From the NCBI GenBank assembly GCA_041183245.1, contig JBEGMB010000307.1, positions 1-41,957 on the forward strand: DNA of 41,957 nt, given 5' to 3'. A program made the translations under genes and the position numbers. The notes under the pieces were generated by a model. It was not told the origin of the DNA. It saw only the letters and a program-made list of their open reading frames with translations, and searched no databases. Source of the DNA: Bacteroidota bacterium (lineage in GTDB: Bacteria > Bacteroidota > Bacteroidia > Flavobacteriales_D > Crocinitomicaceae). This document shows positions 1 to 8,672 of this stretch, piece after piece. Every line of letters starts with the position of its first letter. Positions within the stretch are counted from its first letter, which is position 1.

Positions 1-193
1 GCGCAACGGTCAGCTCCACCACGCCAAGACTTGCTCCAAAATGACTGTTACCGATTTCAGAAATTACATCAACGATATATTGCCTTAATTCTTCGGATAC
101 TTGTGGAAGATCGGCTCTCGAAAATTGAGATCTTAAATCAGATGGGAATTGAATCTTTGAAAGAAAGGGACCCGGGGTGTATGGATTACTCAT
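1..193 (-). CDS. dxs: 1-deoxy-D-xylulose-5-phosphate synthase, N-terminal fragment (rest of gene lies outside the window)
   Basis: My own minus-strand translation from the ATG at 193 gives MSNPYTPGPFLSKIQFPSDLRSQFSRADLPQVSEELRQYIVDVISEIGNSHFGASLGVVELTVA. The P.DLR...L..L..ELR and GHFG.SLGVVELTVA pattern is the conserved Dxs N-terminus. The frame is open to the window edge and is not in the ORF track. Confidence 0.8.
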   Translation of the reverse strand, partial: MSNPYTPGPFLSKIQFPSDLRSQFSRADLPQVSEELRQYIVDVISEIGNSHFGASLGVVELTVA

Positions 194-276
194 TCACACA
201 AAATTAGGAATAATAAACCATAACAAGAAGAAGATATGAATGTTCAATACCTAATAGAAGTGCACATTAAATTTTG

Positions 277-284
277 TAATTTTG
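277..284 (+). promoter_or_regulatory. Bacteroidetes-type -7 box TAATTTTG upstream of cyoE
   Basis: Exact match to the TAnnTTTG consensus of Bacteroidetes sigma-A promoters. It overlaps the ORF-track TTG start at 282. Confidence 0.3.
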
Positions 285-1187
285 CAAGCAGAAAAAATCG
301 CATTGAAACGTATTAACCCATTTATCCAATTCACAAAGTTTCGCCTCTCTTTTTTGGTGGTGATTTCTGCCTTATCTGGATATCTATTTGTTGGCGGCGG
401 GAATGTTGCCATTATAGTCAAATTACTCTTGGGGGGATTTTTAATCACGGCGGCCTCAAACGGGGTAAACCAACTGCTTGAGATGAAGCAAGATGCCTTA
501 ATGAATCGAACCAAAAGCAGACCCTTAGTAACAGGGACGATTAGCGTAAAAAATGGTATATTGATATCGATTGCTTGTTTGATCAGTGGTGCCATCTTGT
601 TGTGTTCAATTAATCAGAACAGTTTGTTTTTAGGAATTGGCGCATTCATTTCCTACGCATTTATATATACCCCGCTTAAAGGTAAAAGTTCTTGGGCCGT
701 ATTTGTGGGTGCGTTCCCGGGGGCAATTCCTCCAATGTTAGGAGCCATTGCGCACACTGGAGCATTTGGTTTTATCCCTGGATTACTGTTTTTTATTCAG
801 TTCATGTGGCAATTTCCTCATTTTTGGGCGATTGCGTGGGTTACTCATGAAGATTATCAGCGTGCGGGGTATTTTTTATTGCCTTCCAAATCCGGAAAAT
901 CAAAACAATCCGCCTACCTAATTTCACTGTATTCGATTGTATTAATCCCAATTAGTCTCATTCCTTGGTTATTGGGAATAACCAATAATATTTCTCTATT
1001 AATTGTTGGTTGTTTTGGGGTTTGGTTCTATTTTCTTTCATACCGACTATATATTTCTTGCGATGATCGCGATGCAAAAAAACTAATGTTCGCTTCGTTT
1101 GTTTATCTACCAATCATACAGTTTGCGTATGTTTTTACCAAAATGGATTCTGTAATTCAAAATTTATTAAGTCATGGATTATTCTAA
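282..1187 (+). CDS. cyoE: protoheme IX farnesyltransferase (heme O synthase)
   Basis: 301-aa polytopic membrane ORF with UbiA-prenyltransferase-like loops (NGVNQLLEMKQDALMNRTKSRPL; WQFPHFWAIAW). It sits directly upstream of the cox subunit III genes. The start is uncertain: the TTG at 282 overlaps a -7 box, and the in-frame TTG at 303 (MKRINPF...) is an alternative. Confidence 0.88.
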   Translation: MQAEKIALKRINPFIQFTKFRLSFLVVISALSGYLFVGGGNVAIIVKLLLGGFLITAASNGVNQLLEMKQDALMNRTKSRPLVTGTISVKNGILISIACLISGAILLCSINQNSLFLGIGAFISYAFIYTPLKGKSSWAVFVGAFPGAIPPMLGAIAHTGAFGFIPGLLFFIQFMWQFPHFWAIAWVTHEDYQRAGYFLLPSKSGKSKQSAYLISLYSIVLIPISLIPWLLGITNNISLLIVGCFGVWFYFLSYRLYISCDDRDAKKLMFASFVYLPIIQFAYVFTKMDSVIQNLLSHGLF

Positions 1188-2256
1188 AGAACTAAGCCCG
1201 GAAATCAGGGAAAAAATGAAAAAAAACTTGGTTTATGTTGGCATTTTTGCCGTTGTCATGTTCTTCGCGGGACTAACCTCGGCCTATTACGTAAATATGG
1301 GAGGCGGATTTTGGTTGAAATACCCCATGCCCAGCGGATTTTACTTAAGCACCTTATTTATTGGTTGTAGTTCCTTATTTTTTGTTTTGGCCATTCGCGC
1401 AATTAAGCAAGGCAAGTCATCCTTACTGAAATTACACATGGCGTTGACCTTGGTGTTTGGATTGCTTTTTGTTACCTTCCAATTTAAAGGGTATAATCAA
1501 CTAATTACTCGAGGCATTTATAATCCTTCGATTTTCTGGACCTATCCAGAAATCCTGGTAAATGATGGAAGATATGGTGATACAATAACAGCCACTGTAG
1601 ATGGAAAACCAATCCTTGTAGATGGCAACAATTTTAGCATTGGTAATCGTGCCATGACGAAGACAGAGTTCCTAGATTTTCAAGCGTATATGAAACATTT
1701 TGCCTTGCCGGAACAAGTGATTTTCAGTCAGCAAGACAAGCCCTTGAATGCCGTTTATTCTTCGAAATACACCTTATTTATAAACAATCAACCCCTGGTA
1801 ATCAAGAAAGGTAATTTTTATATCTCTGATTCCATATTAATGTCGCACACGGATGAAATAAGGCTTTGTAAAGTGTCGATGAATGTAGTATTAGGGCGTG
1901 GGCACTTTATGATGAAAGGTCAATACGGTAAAGATTTTAATGTGTATTTAAAAGGAAAAAAACTCGATTATAAAAACGGGAATTTCTGGATTAACGGACG
2001 AATTCTAAGTGAAAGCGCACAAATTAACGCCCGAGAAACTTCGGATAATGCGAGTGCGTTTCTATATGTAATCTCGTTTGCTCACCTCTTACATGTCTTG
2101 GGCGCCTTAATCTATTTATTGGTCATGGTAAAGAACTCATTTACAGGTCGATACAGCGAAACAAATCATTTATCCCTTCGATTAGGGTCAATGTTTTGGC
2201 ACTTTTTAGGCATATTGTGGGTGTATTTATTCCTGTTTTTCAATTTTATTCATTAA
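1174..2256 (+). CDS. cytochrome c oxidase subunit III-like protein with a large hydrophilic insertion
   Basis: 360 aa. The terminal parts show the short Bacteroidetes CoxIII pattern (TM helices; C-terminal FWHFLGILWVYLFLFF), interrupted by about 175 hydrophilic residues (aa ~117-291). Overlaps cyoE by 14 nt. An alternative start is the ATG at 1216. Confidence 0.75.
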   Translation: MDYSKELSPEIREKMKKNLVYVGIFAVVMFFAGLTSAYYVNMGGGFWLKYPMPSGFYLSTLFIGCSSLFFVLAIRAIKQGKSSLLKLHMALTLVFGLLFVTFQFKGYNQLITRGIYNPSIFWTYPEILVNDGRYGDTITATVDGKPILVDGNNFSIGNRAMTKTEFLDFQAYMKHFALPEQVIFSQQDKPLNAVYSSKYTLFINNQPLVIKKGNFYISDSILMSHTDEIRLCKVSMNVVLGRGHFMMKGQYGKDFNVYLKGKKLDYKNGNFWINGRILSESAQINARETSDNASAFLYVISFAHLLHVLGALIYLLVMVKNSFTGRYSETNHLSLRLGSMFWHFLGILWVYLFLFFNFIH

Positions 2257-2277
2257 ACTTGCACAAATTTTAATACG

Positions 2278-3309
2278 ATGGCAGGTCATACCGCAGCACT
2301 TGATTCAAAGACATTATGGGGGGGTAAAATTTCTCCATTTTCAACAAGTTACGGAAAACTAATGATGTGGTTTTTCCTAGTTTCAGATGCCTTAACCTTT
2401 GGCGGACTTTTAATTGCTTATGGATTTACGAGACATGATTGCTTAGAAGCTTGGCCAATTGGCGAAGAAACGTTTAACTCCATGCCGTTCCTAGGTCATG
2501 GGTATCCGTTGCTTTACGTAGCGTTAATGACATTTATTTTGATTATCTCATCGGTAACCATGGTGTTGGCGGTTGAGGCAGGTCATCGAATGGATCGTAA
2601 CGGGGTTACAAAATGGATGATTGCAACAATTATCGGTGGTTTTTTCTTTGTTGGGTCTCAAGGATGGGAATGGTATCACTTCATTCATGGTTCTGAGTTC
2701 GGAAAAATCGAATTGGCCGATGGATCTGTAGCCATTGTCAAAGGTCATTTCGGTGAAATCAAAAACTTTAAGGTTACTAAGGCTGGTAAGCACCATAAAG
2801 AAGGCGATGTAATCAAGGAAGACTTAATGCACACCTTTCAACATGCTGCAGCTGCAGGACACATAACCAACGGTATCATTACATTACATGACGGGTCTAA
2901 AGCGTCTATTACTAAAGAAAAAGACCATGAATTGAAATTAATCATTAAGAAAAGTGGTAAGGTTAATAAAGCATCAAAGGCAAAGCGTGAAATTACTGGT
3001 GCAAAAGCGGAAAAACTATACTATGAAGCGCTGTATTCAGGGGAAGCTAACCGTGTGATTTATGGTGCTAACTTAAAACAAAATGAATACGGTCCGCAAC
3101 AATACGCACAATTCTTTTTCTTTATTACTGGATTCCACGGGTTTCACGTATTTTCCGGTGTTGTAATTAATATTATCATTTGCCTTGGTGTTGTAGCCGG
3201 CACATACCACAAAAGAGGACACTATGAAATGGTTGAAAAAACCGGATTGTACTGGCACTTTGTAGACCTTGTTTGGGTCTTCGTATTTACATTCTTTTAT
3301 CTTTTATAA
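2278..3309 (+). CDS. cytochrome c oxidase subunit III (long Bacteroidetes form)
   Basis: 343 aa with the motifs LMMWFFLVSDALTFGGLL, FFFITGFHGFHVFSGV and YWHFVDLVWVFVFTFFYL, which are typical of heme-copper oxidase subunit III. Confidence 0.85.
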   Translation: MAGHTAALDSKTLWGGKISPFSTSYGKLMMWFFLVSDALTFGGLLIAYGFTRHDCLEAWPIGEETFNSMPFLGHGYPLLYVALMTFILIISSVTMVLAVEAGHRMDRNGVTKWMIATIIGGFFFVGSQGWEWYHFIHGSEFGKIELADGSVAIVKGHFGEIKNFKVTKAGKHHKEGDVIKEDLMHTFQHAAAAGHITNGIITLHDGSKASITKEKDHELKLIIKKSGKVNKASKAKREITGAKAEKLYYEALYSGEANRVIYGANLKQNEYGPQQYAQFFFFITGFHGFHVFSGVVINIIICLGVVAGTYHKRGHYEMVEKTGLYWHFVDLVWVFVFTFFYLL

Positions 3310-3317
3310 TTTTACAT

Positions 3318-3683
3318 ATGGAACGCGACGATTTAATTGAATATTCATTAGATGCTCACCACAGTGAAGAAAAAGGGTTAGAAATTCGAAAGAAAATCTA
3401 CAAAGTAACGATACTACTTACCTTAGTAACAATTATTGAGGTAGTTTTAGGTGCTGTTATCAAGCAAGACGCTTCAATTTGGCCATTAGTTAAATGGACC
3501 TTTCTTGCGTTAACTTTACTTAAGGCAGGATACATTGTTATGGTATTCATGCACCTTGGAGATGAGCGTAAGTGGTTACGGTATGTAATTCTCGTTCCGT
3601 ACTTTATATTTATTCTTTATTTGATTTTTATTGCACTTTGGGAAGCTACGGCCATTAAGTCCGTATTGAATTACTTTTCATAA
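3318..3683 (+). CDS. cytochrome c oxidase subunit IV-like small membrane protein
   Basis: 121 aa with three hydrophobic helices, placed immediately after the CoxIII genes. I chose the ATG at 3318 because the ORF-track start at 3273 overlaps the preceding gene, whose stop is at 3307-3309. Confidence 0.6.
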   Translation: MERDDLIEYSLDAHHSEEKGLEIRKKIYKVTILLTLVTIIEVVLGAVIKQDASIWPLVKWTFLALTLLKAGYIVMVFMHLGDERKWLRYVILVPYFIFILYLIFIALWEATAIKSVLNYFS

Positions 3684-3689
3684 ATCCCA

Positions 3690-4358
3690 ATGAATATGAC
3701 CAAAAAACTAAGGAACGTTCTCGGCTTCCTTTTGGTATTTGGTCCAGCCTTGTTTTTGATTTTCATTTCAACCCGTGGTTGTACGCATCAGTTCAAGACC
3801 TTAGATGATTATGGGGCCTTGAAAAACTATTCTTTTACCGATAGTAAAGGGAGAAACCGAACGGCAGAGGAATTCAAAGGTGAAATCATTATCATTACTA
3901 CGCTTCAAAAAGGTTGTCCGTGGGATTGTTCGGTTTCATTTTGGCGGTTAAACCAAATACTTTACCAACACATACGTAAAAACAGTCACAAACAACTGAA
4001 ACGTGTACGCATGATTTCTTTTGTCACAGACGGCAAAGGGAACCCAGAAAAAGACTTGACTCTGGTTCAACAGATGATGGAACGTGATGTGGAGGGCTAT
4101 GATCCTAACTTATGGATCGTTGCTTCTGGAGATGTTCGCAGCATTTACAACATTGAGCACAACAATCAAACCTTGCTTCAAAAGGGGGAAAAATATTACG
4201 GCGGAGAGGGATTCCAAGAGCTTATCCTTTTAGGCGACAAAGAAAATCATTTGCGAATGGTTTTAAAAGGGAATCAAGAAGGCCTTATCCGCCGCATGAA
4301 AGAAAGTTTAGCCTTGTTATTAAAACAATATGACAAAGATCGGGCGATACGTAAGTAG
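3690..4358 (+). CDS. membrane-anchored SCO-like thioredoxin-fold protein (CPWDC motif)
   Basis: 222 aa with an N-terminal TM anchor (LGFLLVFGPALFLIFI) and a CxxxC motif, CPWDC, in a beta-strand/helix context like SCO1/SenC. It lies in the cox assembly cluster. Confidence 0.55.
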   Translation: MNMTKKLRNVLGFLLVFGPALFLIFISTRGCTHQFKTLDDYGALKNYSFTDSKGRNRTAEEFKGEIIIITTLQKGCPWDCSVSFWRLNQILYQHIRKNSHKQLKRVRMISFVTDGKGNPEKDLTLVQQMMERDVEGYDPNLWIVASGDVRSIYNIEHNNQTLLQKGEKYYGGEGFQELILLGDKENHLRMVLKGNQEGLIRRMKESLALLLKQYDKDRAIRK

Positions 4359-5004
4359 CATTCTCGCAATCATTTTGCTTTTCGGGTGTAAAGAATCGCC
4401 TAAACTGCCTTATTTAGGAAATTCGGATGTTGAATATACGGAAAAAGGTGGTGTTGTTTATGCTGATACCGTCTATCCTGTTATTCCCGCTTTTTCGTTT
4501 ACAAATCAAGAGGGGAAGCTCGTAACCAATAAGACGTATAAAGGCAAAATGTGGATTGTAGAGTTTTTCTTTGCCTCATGCCCTACCATTTGCCCAATAA
4601 TGAACAATCAATTAAAGCGGCTGCATAAAACATTATCGAAAGACGCGCTTGACGAACTTCAATTTCTTTCGTTTACGATTGATCCAACCCATGACAATCC
4701 AGCAGTTTTAAAAAAATACCAAGTGACCCATCAGGTAAATTATAAAAACTGGGATTTTCTCACCGGAAATGAAGCAGAAACTCACCGCTTAGGAATTCAA
4801 AGTTTTTTAACGTTTGCGGGTAAAGACGATGAATCTGCGGGTGGCTATGCGCATTCTGGATCTTTTACCTTAGTTGACGCCCAAGGTCATGTACGCGGCG
4901 TTTATGCGGTGACTAATTTTGATCTATCAGTAAATGAACAAGAATTCGATAGAATGGTTAAAGAAATAAATATACTTTATGATGAACACACTAGCTCCAA
5001 ATAA
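4330..5004 (+). CDS. SCO1/SenC family copper chaperone lipoprotein
   Basis: 224 aa with a lipobox (ILLFGC). It has the canonical SCO motif FFFASCPTICP (CxxxC) and the downstream His (YAHSGSFTLVD). Confidence 0.85.
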   Translation: MTKIGRYVSSILAIILLFGCKESPKLPYLGNSDVEYTEKGGVVYADTVYPVIPAFSFTNQEGKLVTNKTYKGKMWIVEFFFASCPTICPIMNNQLKRLHKTLSKDALDELQFLSFTIDPTHDNPAVLKKYQVTHQVNYKNWDFLTGNEAETHRLGIQSFLTFAGKDDESAGGYAHSGSFTLVDAQGHVRGVYAVTNFDLSVNEQEFDRMVKEINILYDEHTSSK

Positions 5005-5551
5005 AATCCCCACGGTTAAGAAACTAATTATTGCTGTTTCGATTGTTATTCCATTGGTAGTAGGTGCATTATTTCGCATTCGTATTCCTGGAGACTTGTC
5101 ATTTTTACCTCCAATTTATGCTGGTTTTAATGCCGCAACAGCCTTATTACTCATCCTTGCGCTTTTCATGGTTAAGCAAGGAAAAATAGAATTACACCGG
5201 TTTTTTATACGCTTAGCGCTTTTGTTGTCTTTAATGTTCCTGGTTTGTTATGTTGCATATCACCTCACTTCCGATCCAACACAATATGGAGATTTAAACC
5301 ATGACCGCATACTTAGCGATGCAGAGAAGGCTTCTGCAGGAACTTGGAGAACGATATATTTTGTTACACTAATAAGCCATATTGGATTAAGCATGGTAGT
5401 GATTCCAATGGTACTTTACGCGTATCTTTTTGCCTGGGCGGGTCAATACGAAGCGCACAAAAAATTGGTGCGTTTTGCCTACCCGATCTGGTTATATGTT
5501 GCCATTACAGGAGTTGTCGTATATTGGATGATTTCTCCTTTTTATCGTTGA
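4979..5551 (+). CDS. DUF420 family membrane protein (CtaM-like, cytochrome oxidase associated)
   Basis: 190 aa with about 4 TM helices. Its size and its position after the SCO genes in a cox cluster match DUF420. Confidence 0.65.
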   Translation: MMNTLAPNKIPTVKKLIIAVSIVIPLVVGALFRIRIPGDLSFLPPIYAGFNAATALLLILALFMVKQGKIELHRFFIRLALLLSLMFLVCYVAYHLTSDPTQYGDLNHDRILSDAEKASAGTWRTIYFVTLISHIGLSMVVIPMVLYAYLFAWAGQYEAHKKLVRFAYPIWLYVAITGVVVYWMISPFYR

Positions 5552-6688
5552 TTATTTAATTTTAACCTCAACCCTTCGATTGGCTTCTTTCTGTTCCTCA
5601 GATTCTGGCTTAGGAAAGATTGGTTTAGTGTTTCCATAACCAACCGCAGAAAGCCTTTCTGGCTCAATTCCACATGAAATTAAATATTCTACAATCCGCT
5701 TGGCTCTTTTTTTGGACAATCGCTGAGAACTTAAGGAATTCCCCCCTTCGTCATTCACATGGCCTTGAACTTCAATGGAAATACTAGGGTTTAATAACAA
5801 GAAATCTTTTAATCGTTTTAATCGTGGCATGGATTCATCCAGAATTATTGCAAGACCACCTGCGAAATAAATGTCATCTAATTTGGTGATTGCACCGTGT
5901 GTAATGGGTGCTAAAAAAATCGTATCATGATGCGTAGTTGATGGAATCGGATGCTCAAAAATGTCCTTAGAGTAATACCCTTCTGAATCGATTCGCAGGG
6001 AGGCCTTAAGTTTACGTTGGTTATTTACCAAGATGTCGGAGCCGCGATATGTCCCATCGATTAGGCTTGATGCAACAAGGGATAATTTAGCAATAACGGG
6101 AAATCCAGTAAGCTCATCCCTGAAGTGTATTCCATACACAGGAAGTTCTTTTGAATATGCTAAATTTAGAAGTAACGAATCCTTCAATACCGTTCCTTCC
6201 GACGTAAGTGGGGTGTAGTTAAGTTTTAAATCGATCAAGGGTGCTTTACCTTTGGTAACATAAAGCGCGATGTAATAATTCTTATCAGCTGAACACTTAT
6301 ATATTGGATTAAGCGTATCCAGAGCGGATCTATTTTCACACGTCACAAGGGTCGCTTTTTTAGAAGAAATCGCTCCGCAATCGTCCGTTGCATTCGTTTC
6401 GAAAATGAATACAATGATTGAATCGCCAGAGGGTTGTAATGCAAGGCTCATGCGGCCACTGTGGGGGGGATGAAATTGCAACCAAACTAAGTTATTAGAA
6501 GATACCGGGAGATCACAATACGATTGAATGCCGCTTTTGTCTTTCCCTAATTTTCCCTTGAACTTCAATTGGTATGTCGTATTCGGACTAATTACTACAT
6601 TTCCAGCGCATGTTGAAAAATCTTGTTGCGCAAAGAGCGCTTCAACAACCAATAAAAAGAAGAATAAATTAAAGAGCTTTTTCAACAC
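5552..6688 (-). CDS. OmpA family protein with an uncharacterised N-terminal region
   Basis: Signal peptide (FFFLLVVEALFAQQ). The C-terminal OmpA/MotB peptidoglycan-binding domain reads IEVQGHVNDEG...SQRLSKKRAKRIVEYLISCGIEPERLSAVGYGNTKP...NRRVEVKI. Confidence 0.85.
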   Translation of the reverse strand: MLKKLFNLFFFLLVVEALFAQQDFSTCAGNVVISPNTTYQLKFKGKLGKDKSGIQSYCDLPVSSNNLVWLQFHPPHSGRMSLALQPSGDSIIVFIFETNATDDCGAISSKKATLVTCENRSALDTLNPIYKCSADKNYYIALYVTKGKAPLIDLKLNYTPLTSEGTVLKDSLLLNLAYSKELPVYGIHFRDELTGFPVIAKLSLVASSLIDGTYRGSDILVNNQRKLKASLRIDSEGYYSKDIFEHPIPSTTHHDTIFLAPITHGAITKLDDIYFAGGLAIILDESMPRLKRLKDFLLLNPSISIEVQGHVNDEGGNSLSSQRLSKKRAKRIVEYLISCGIEPERLSAVGYGNTKPIFPKPESEEQKEANRRVEVKIK

Positions 6689-6710
6689 CCATTTTTTGGG
6701 TATTAACGAG

Positions 6711-8099
6711 TTACTCTAAAATAAGTTTCAAATTACCACCAATCTGGGTTCGAAGAACAAGATGGGTCGTTGTGTAGTAAATCTTATTTAAGGAGATGCT
6801 AGCTATACGTCCACTCATCGCAACGCCATCTGTTAAAGGTTGATTCAACGACGTATTAATCTCTTTTTTCATGTCTTCAATCATTGGTGTATAGTTAAAC
6901 TTACCTTGTTCCTCCACTAATTGATTGATTTTTGAATTAAAAAACCACTTCGCAGACTTTAAGAGCACGCTTTTTGTTTTCACATCGAAATCTACATTGG
7001 TTAATTCAATTTGCTTCAATGAATCGTTTAATACGGGTGTTGCGAGTAAATAAATAACCCCCCGCTTTGTACCAGAGAATTGCGTTTTAAGAATAATTCG
7101 ATTATCAGCGGATCCGGAAACAGCTATATCGTCGATAATTATTTTTTTTCGTTTTATTTCAAAAACCTCGCCTTTAAACGAAGACCGAATAAAGTTAGAT
7201 AGGGAGTCATAACTCAAGATCACATCCAATCCAAAATTTAACCCATTATCAACCTTACTCTTGGACAAATCAGGAAGAGCAGACGGAATTAATTGGGGTT
7301 TTTCTGTTGTGAAGGAAGGAGAAACATCTATATTAAAATTAAAACTTGCTTTTTTACCGCTAAATTTCAACTCACTTATTGCCAAAGAAGAAGGGGCGAG
7401 ACTTAGATACCCATAGCCCGGAATTTCAGTGGGTTCTTGTAACAACTTCCATGATTCTTTCGCTGTGGATTTAATATCAATTGCACTAAACTGCTTATCT
7501 ATTTCGCGCTCAAGCACCTTGAGTTGTTTGGTTATTTCTTTCTCAACATCCGTAGTGACATCAATATTCGCTATCGTTAATTCGCAAGGGTCGAGCAATT
7601 CGAATTTCTGTAAATTCGTGGTGGTTTTAAACGTGTAATCAGAATTAACCTTCACGGCCGTACTATATTTAAGACTGAATTTCCGCATCGGTTCGTTTTC
7701 ACCACAACTAACATATACTCTGGGAATAATGCAGGAACCTTTCTCATCGGTAAGCGTTTGGCATTTGGGACAATAATTAATCTTCAATTTAAGTTGTCCT
7801 CCTACTTCGTATCCAATTTTGTTTCCGCTTCCAGAAAATTTAATATCATCTCGTTTTATAGAATAGGCGGTGCTCACCCCTTCACACTGCTCATTTTTAC
7901 CTGAGTAAGATTTTGGGATTTCCTTTTCAGCTGCCTTTAAATAACTTGAGAGATCAATTTCAACCGGAATGGTAATCGCCGATACCTCATTATTTAGCGC
8001 GGGATATGGTTCAACAAAATTCTCAGGAACAGCTGTTTCAATGGCTTTACAAGAAGTTAAAAAACACCCCATCAACAGGGCATATAAAATTGTTTTCAT
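6711..8099 (-). CDS. DUF4403 family lipoprotein
   Basis: 462 aa with a lipobox (LMGCFLTSC). Length and overall composition fit my memory of DUF4403 (about 430-470 aa). No catalytic motifs seen. Confidence 0.55.
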   Translation of the reverse strand: MKTILYALLMGCFLTSCKAIETAVPENFVEPYPALNNEVSAITIPVEIDLSSYLKAAEKEIPKSYSGKNEQCEGVSTAYSIKRDDIKFSGSGNKIGYEVGGQLKLKINYCPKCQTLTDEKGSCIIPRVYVSCGENEPMRKFSLKYSTAVKVNSDYTFKTTTNLQKFELLDPCELTIANIDVTTDVEKEITKQLKVLEREIDKQFSAIDIKSTAKESWKLLQEPTEIPGYGYLSLAPSSLAISELKFSGKKASFNFNIDVSPSFTTEKPQLIPSALPDLSKSKVDNGLNFGLDVILSYDSLSNFIRSSFKGEVFEIKRKKIIIDDIAVSGSADNRIILKTQFSGTKRGVIYLLATPVLNDSLKQIELTNVDFDVKTKSVLLKSAKWFFNSKINQLVEEQGKFNYTPMIEDMKKEINTSLNQPLTDGVAMSGRIASISLNKIYYTTTHLVLRTQIGGNLKLILE

Positions 8100-8644
8100 T
8101 CAATTATTTTTTTCAATAAAACATGCTGATTAAACCCGAGGTTGTAGGTACTTAATCCAAAGGCCAAGCCCTCTGATTCTTCAATTATTTGAGAAGTATT
8201 CAACGGAGTCAAGGACCCACCAAATAAATTGAACTCAAGATCACCGCTTGATTGCCGGCAAAGCACACTACTCATAAAAGAGTTTGTATTGTCACTGTCT
8301 TCGATGCTATAGAAATCAATTAAACAATCCCCAAATAATCGCATGGGAATTAATACCCCATCGCCTTCGTCCATCACTAAGCCATCAGGTTTCAAAACTA
8401 TATGGTATTTCTTTTCAAGATACCCCGTCTTATCCTTATCACCATAAGTCATAAAGTAAGTCCACACTGAATCTTTTTTAATTTCTTGAATTGATAGGCG
8501 AACCAATACCGTTGCAAACGGGGTAGCGTCTTTTCCATACAACTGCATATCACCTTGATATGAACCAATCCATGTACCTGGTAGCCCTTGTCCACTTATA
8601 CAAGAATAAAAAAATAGGATAAAAAGGTTTACTGAATACCGCAT
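8096..8644 (-). CDS. hypothetical secreted protein
   Basis: 182-aa ORF with an N-terminal signal-like segment (LFILFFYSCISGQ). The ATGA overlap with the DUF4403 gene suggests co-translation. Confidence 0.5.
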   Translation of the reverse strand: MRYSVNLFILFFYSCISGQGLPGTWIGSYQGDMQLYGKDATPFATVLVRLSIQEIKKDSVWTYFMTYGDKDKTGYLEKKYHIVLKPDGLVMDEGDGVLIPMRLFGDCLIDFYSIEDSDNTNSFMSSVLCRQSSGDLEFNLFGGSLTPLNTSQIIEESEGLAFGLSTYNLGFNQHVLLKKIIE

Positions 8645-8668
8645 AAAAAATCCCGCTATTGCGGGATT
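8645..8668 (-). terminator. rho-independent terminator after icd
   Basis: On the minus strand, the stem ATCCCGC / GCGGGAT has a 4-nt loop and is followed by a T-run (plus-strand A-run 8645-8650). The T-run abuts the ATG at 8644. Confidence 0.6.
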
Positions 8669-8672
8669 AAAT

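Noticed and set aside
282-5551. The cyoE/CoxIII/CoxIII/CoxIV/SCO/SCO/DUF420 cluster, considered as a novel respiratory system
   Set aside because: To my knowledge this gene order is the conserved Bacteroidetes caa3-type oxidase accessory cluster. Only the insertion in the first CoxIII-like gene stands out, and it is reported separately.
5344-5559. 71-aa plus-strand ORF overlapping the DUF420 3' end in another frame
   Set aside because: It lies out of frame within a coherent membrane-protein gene. Its Cys/Arg/Ser-rich composition is unlike the genes around it.
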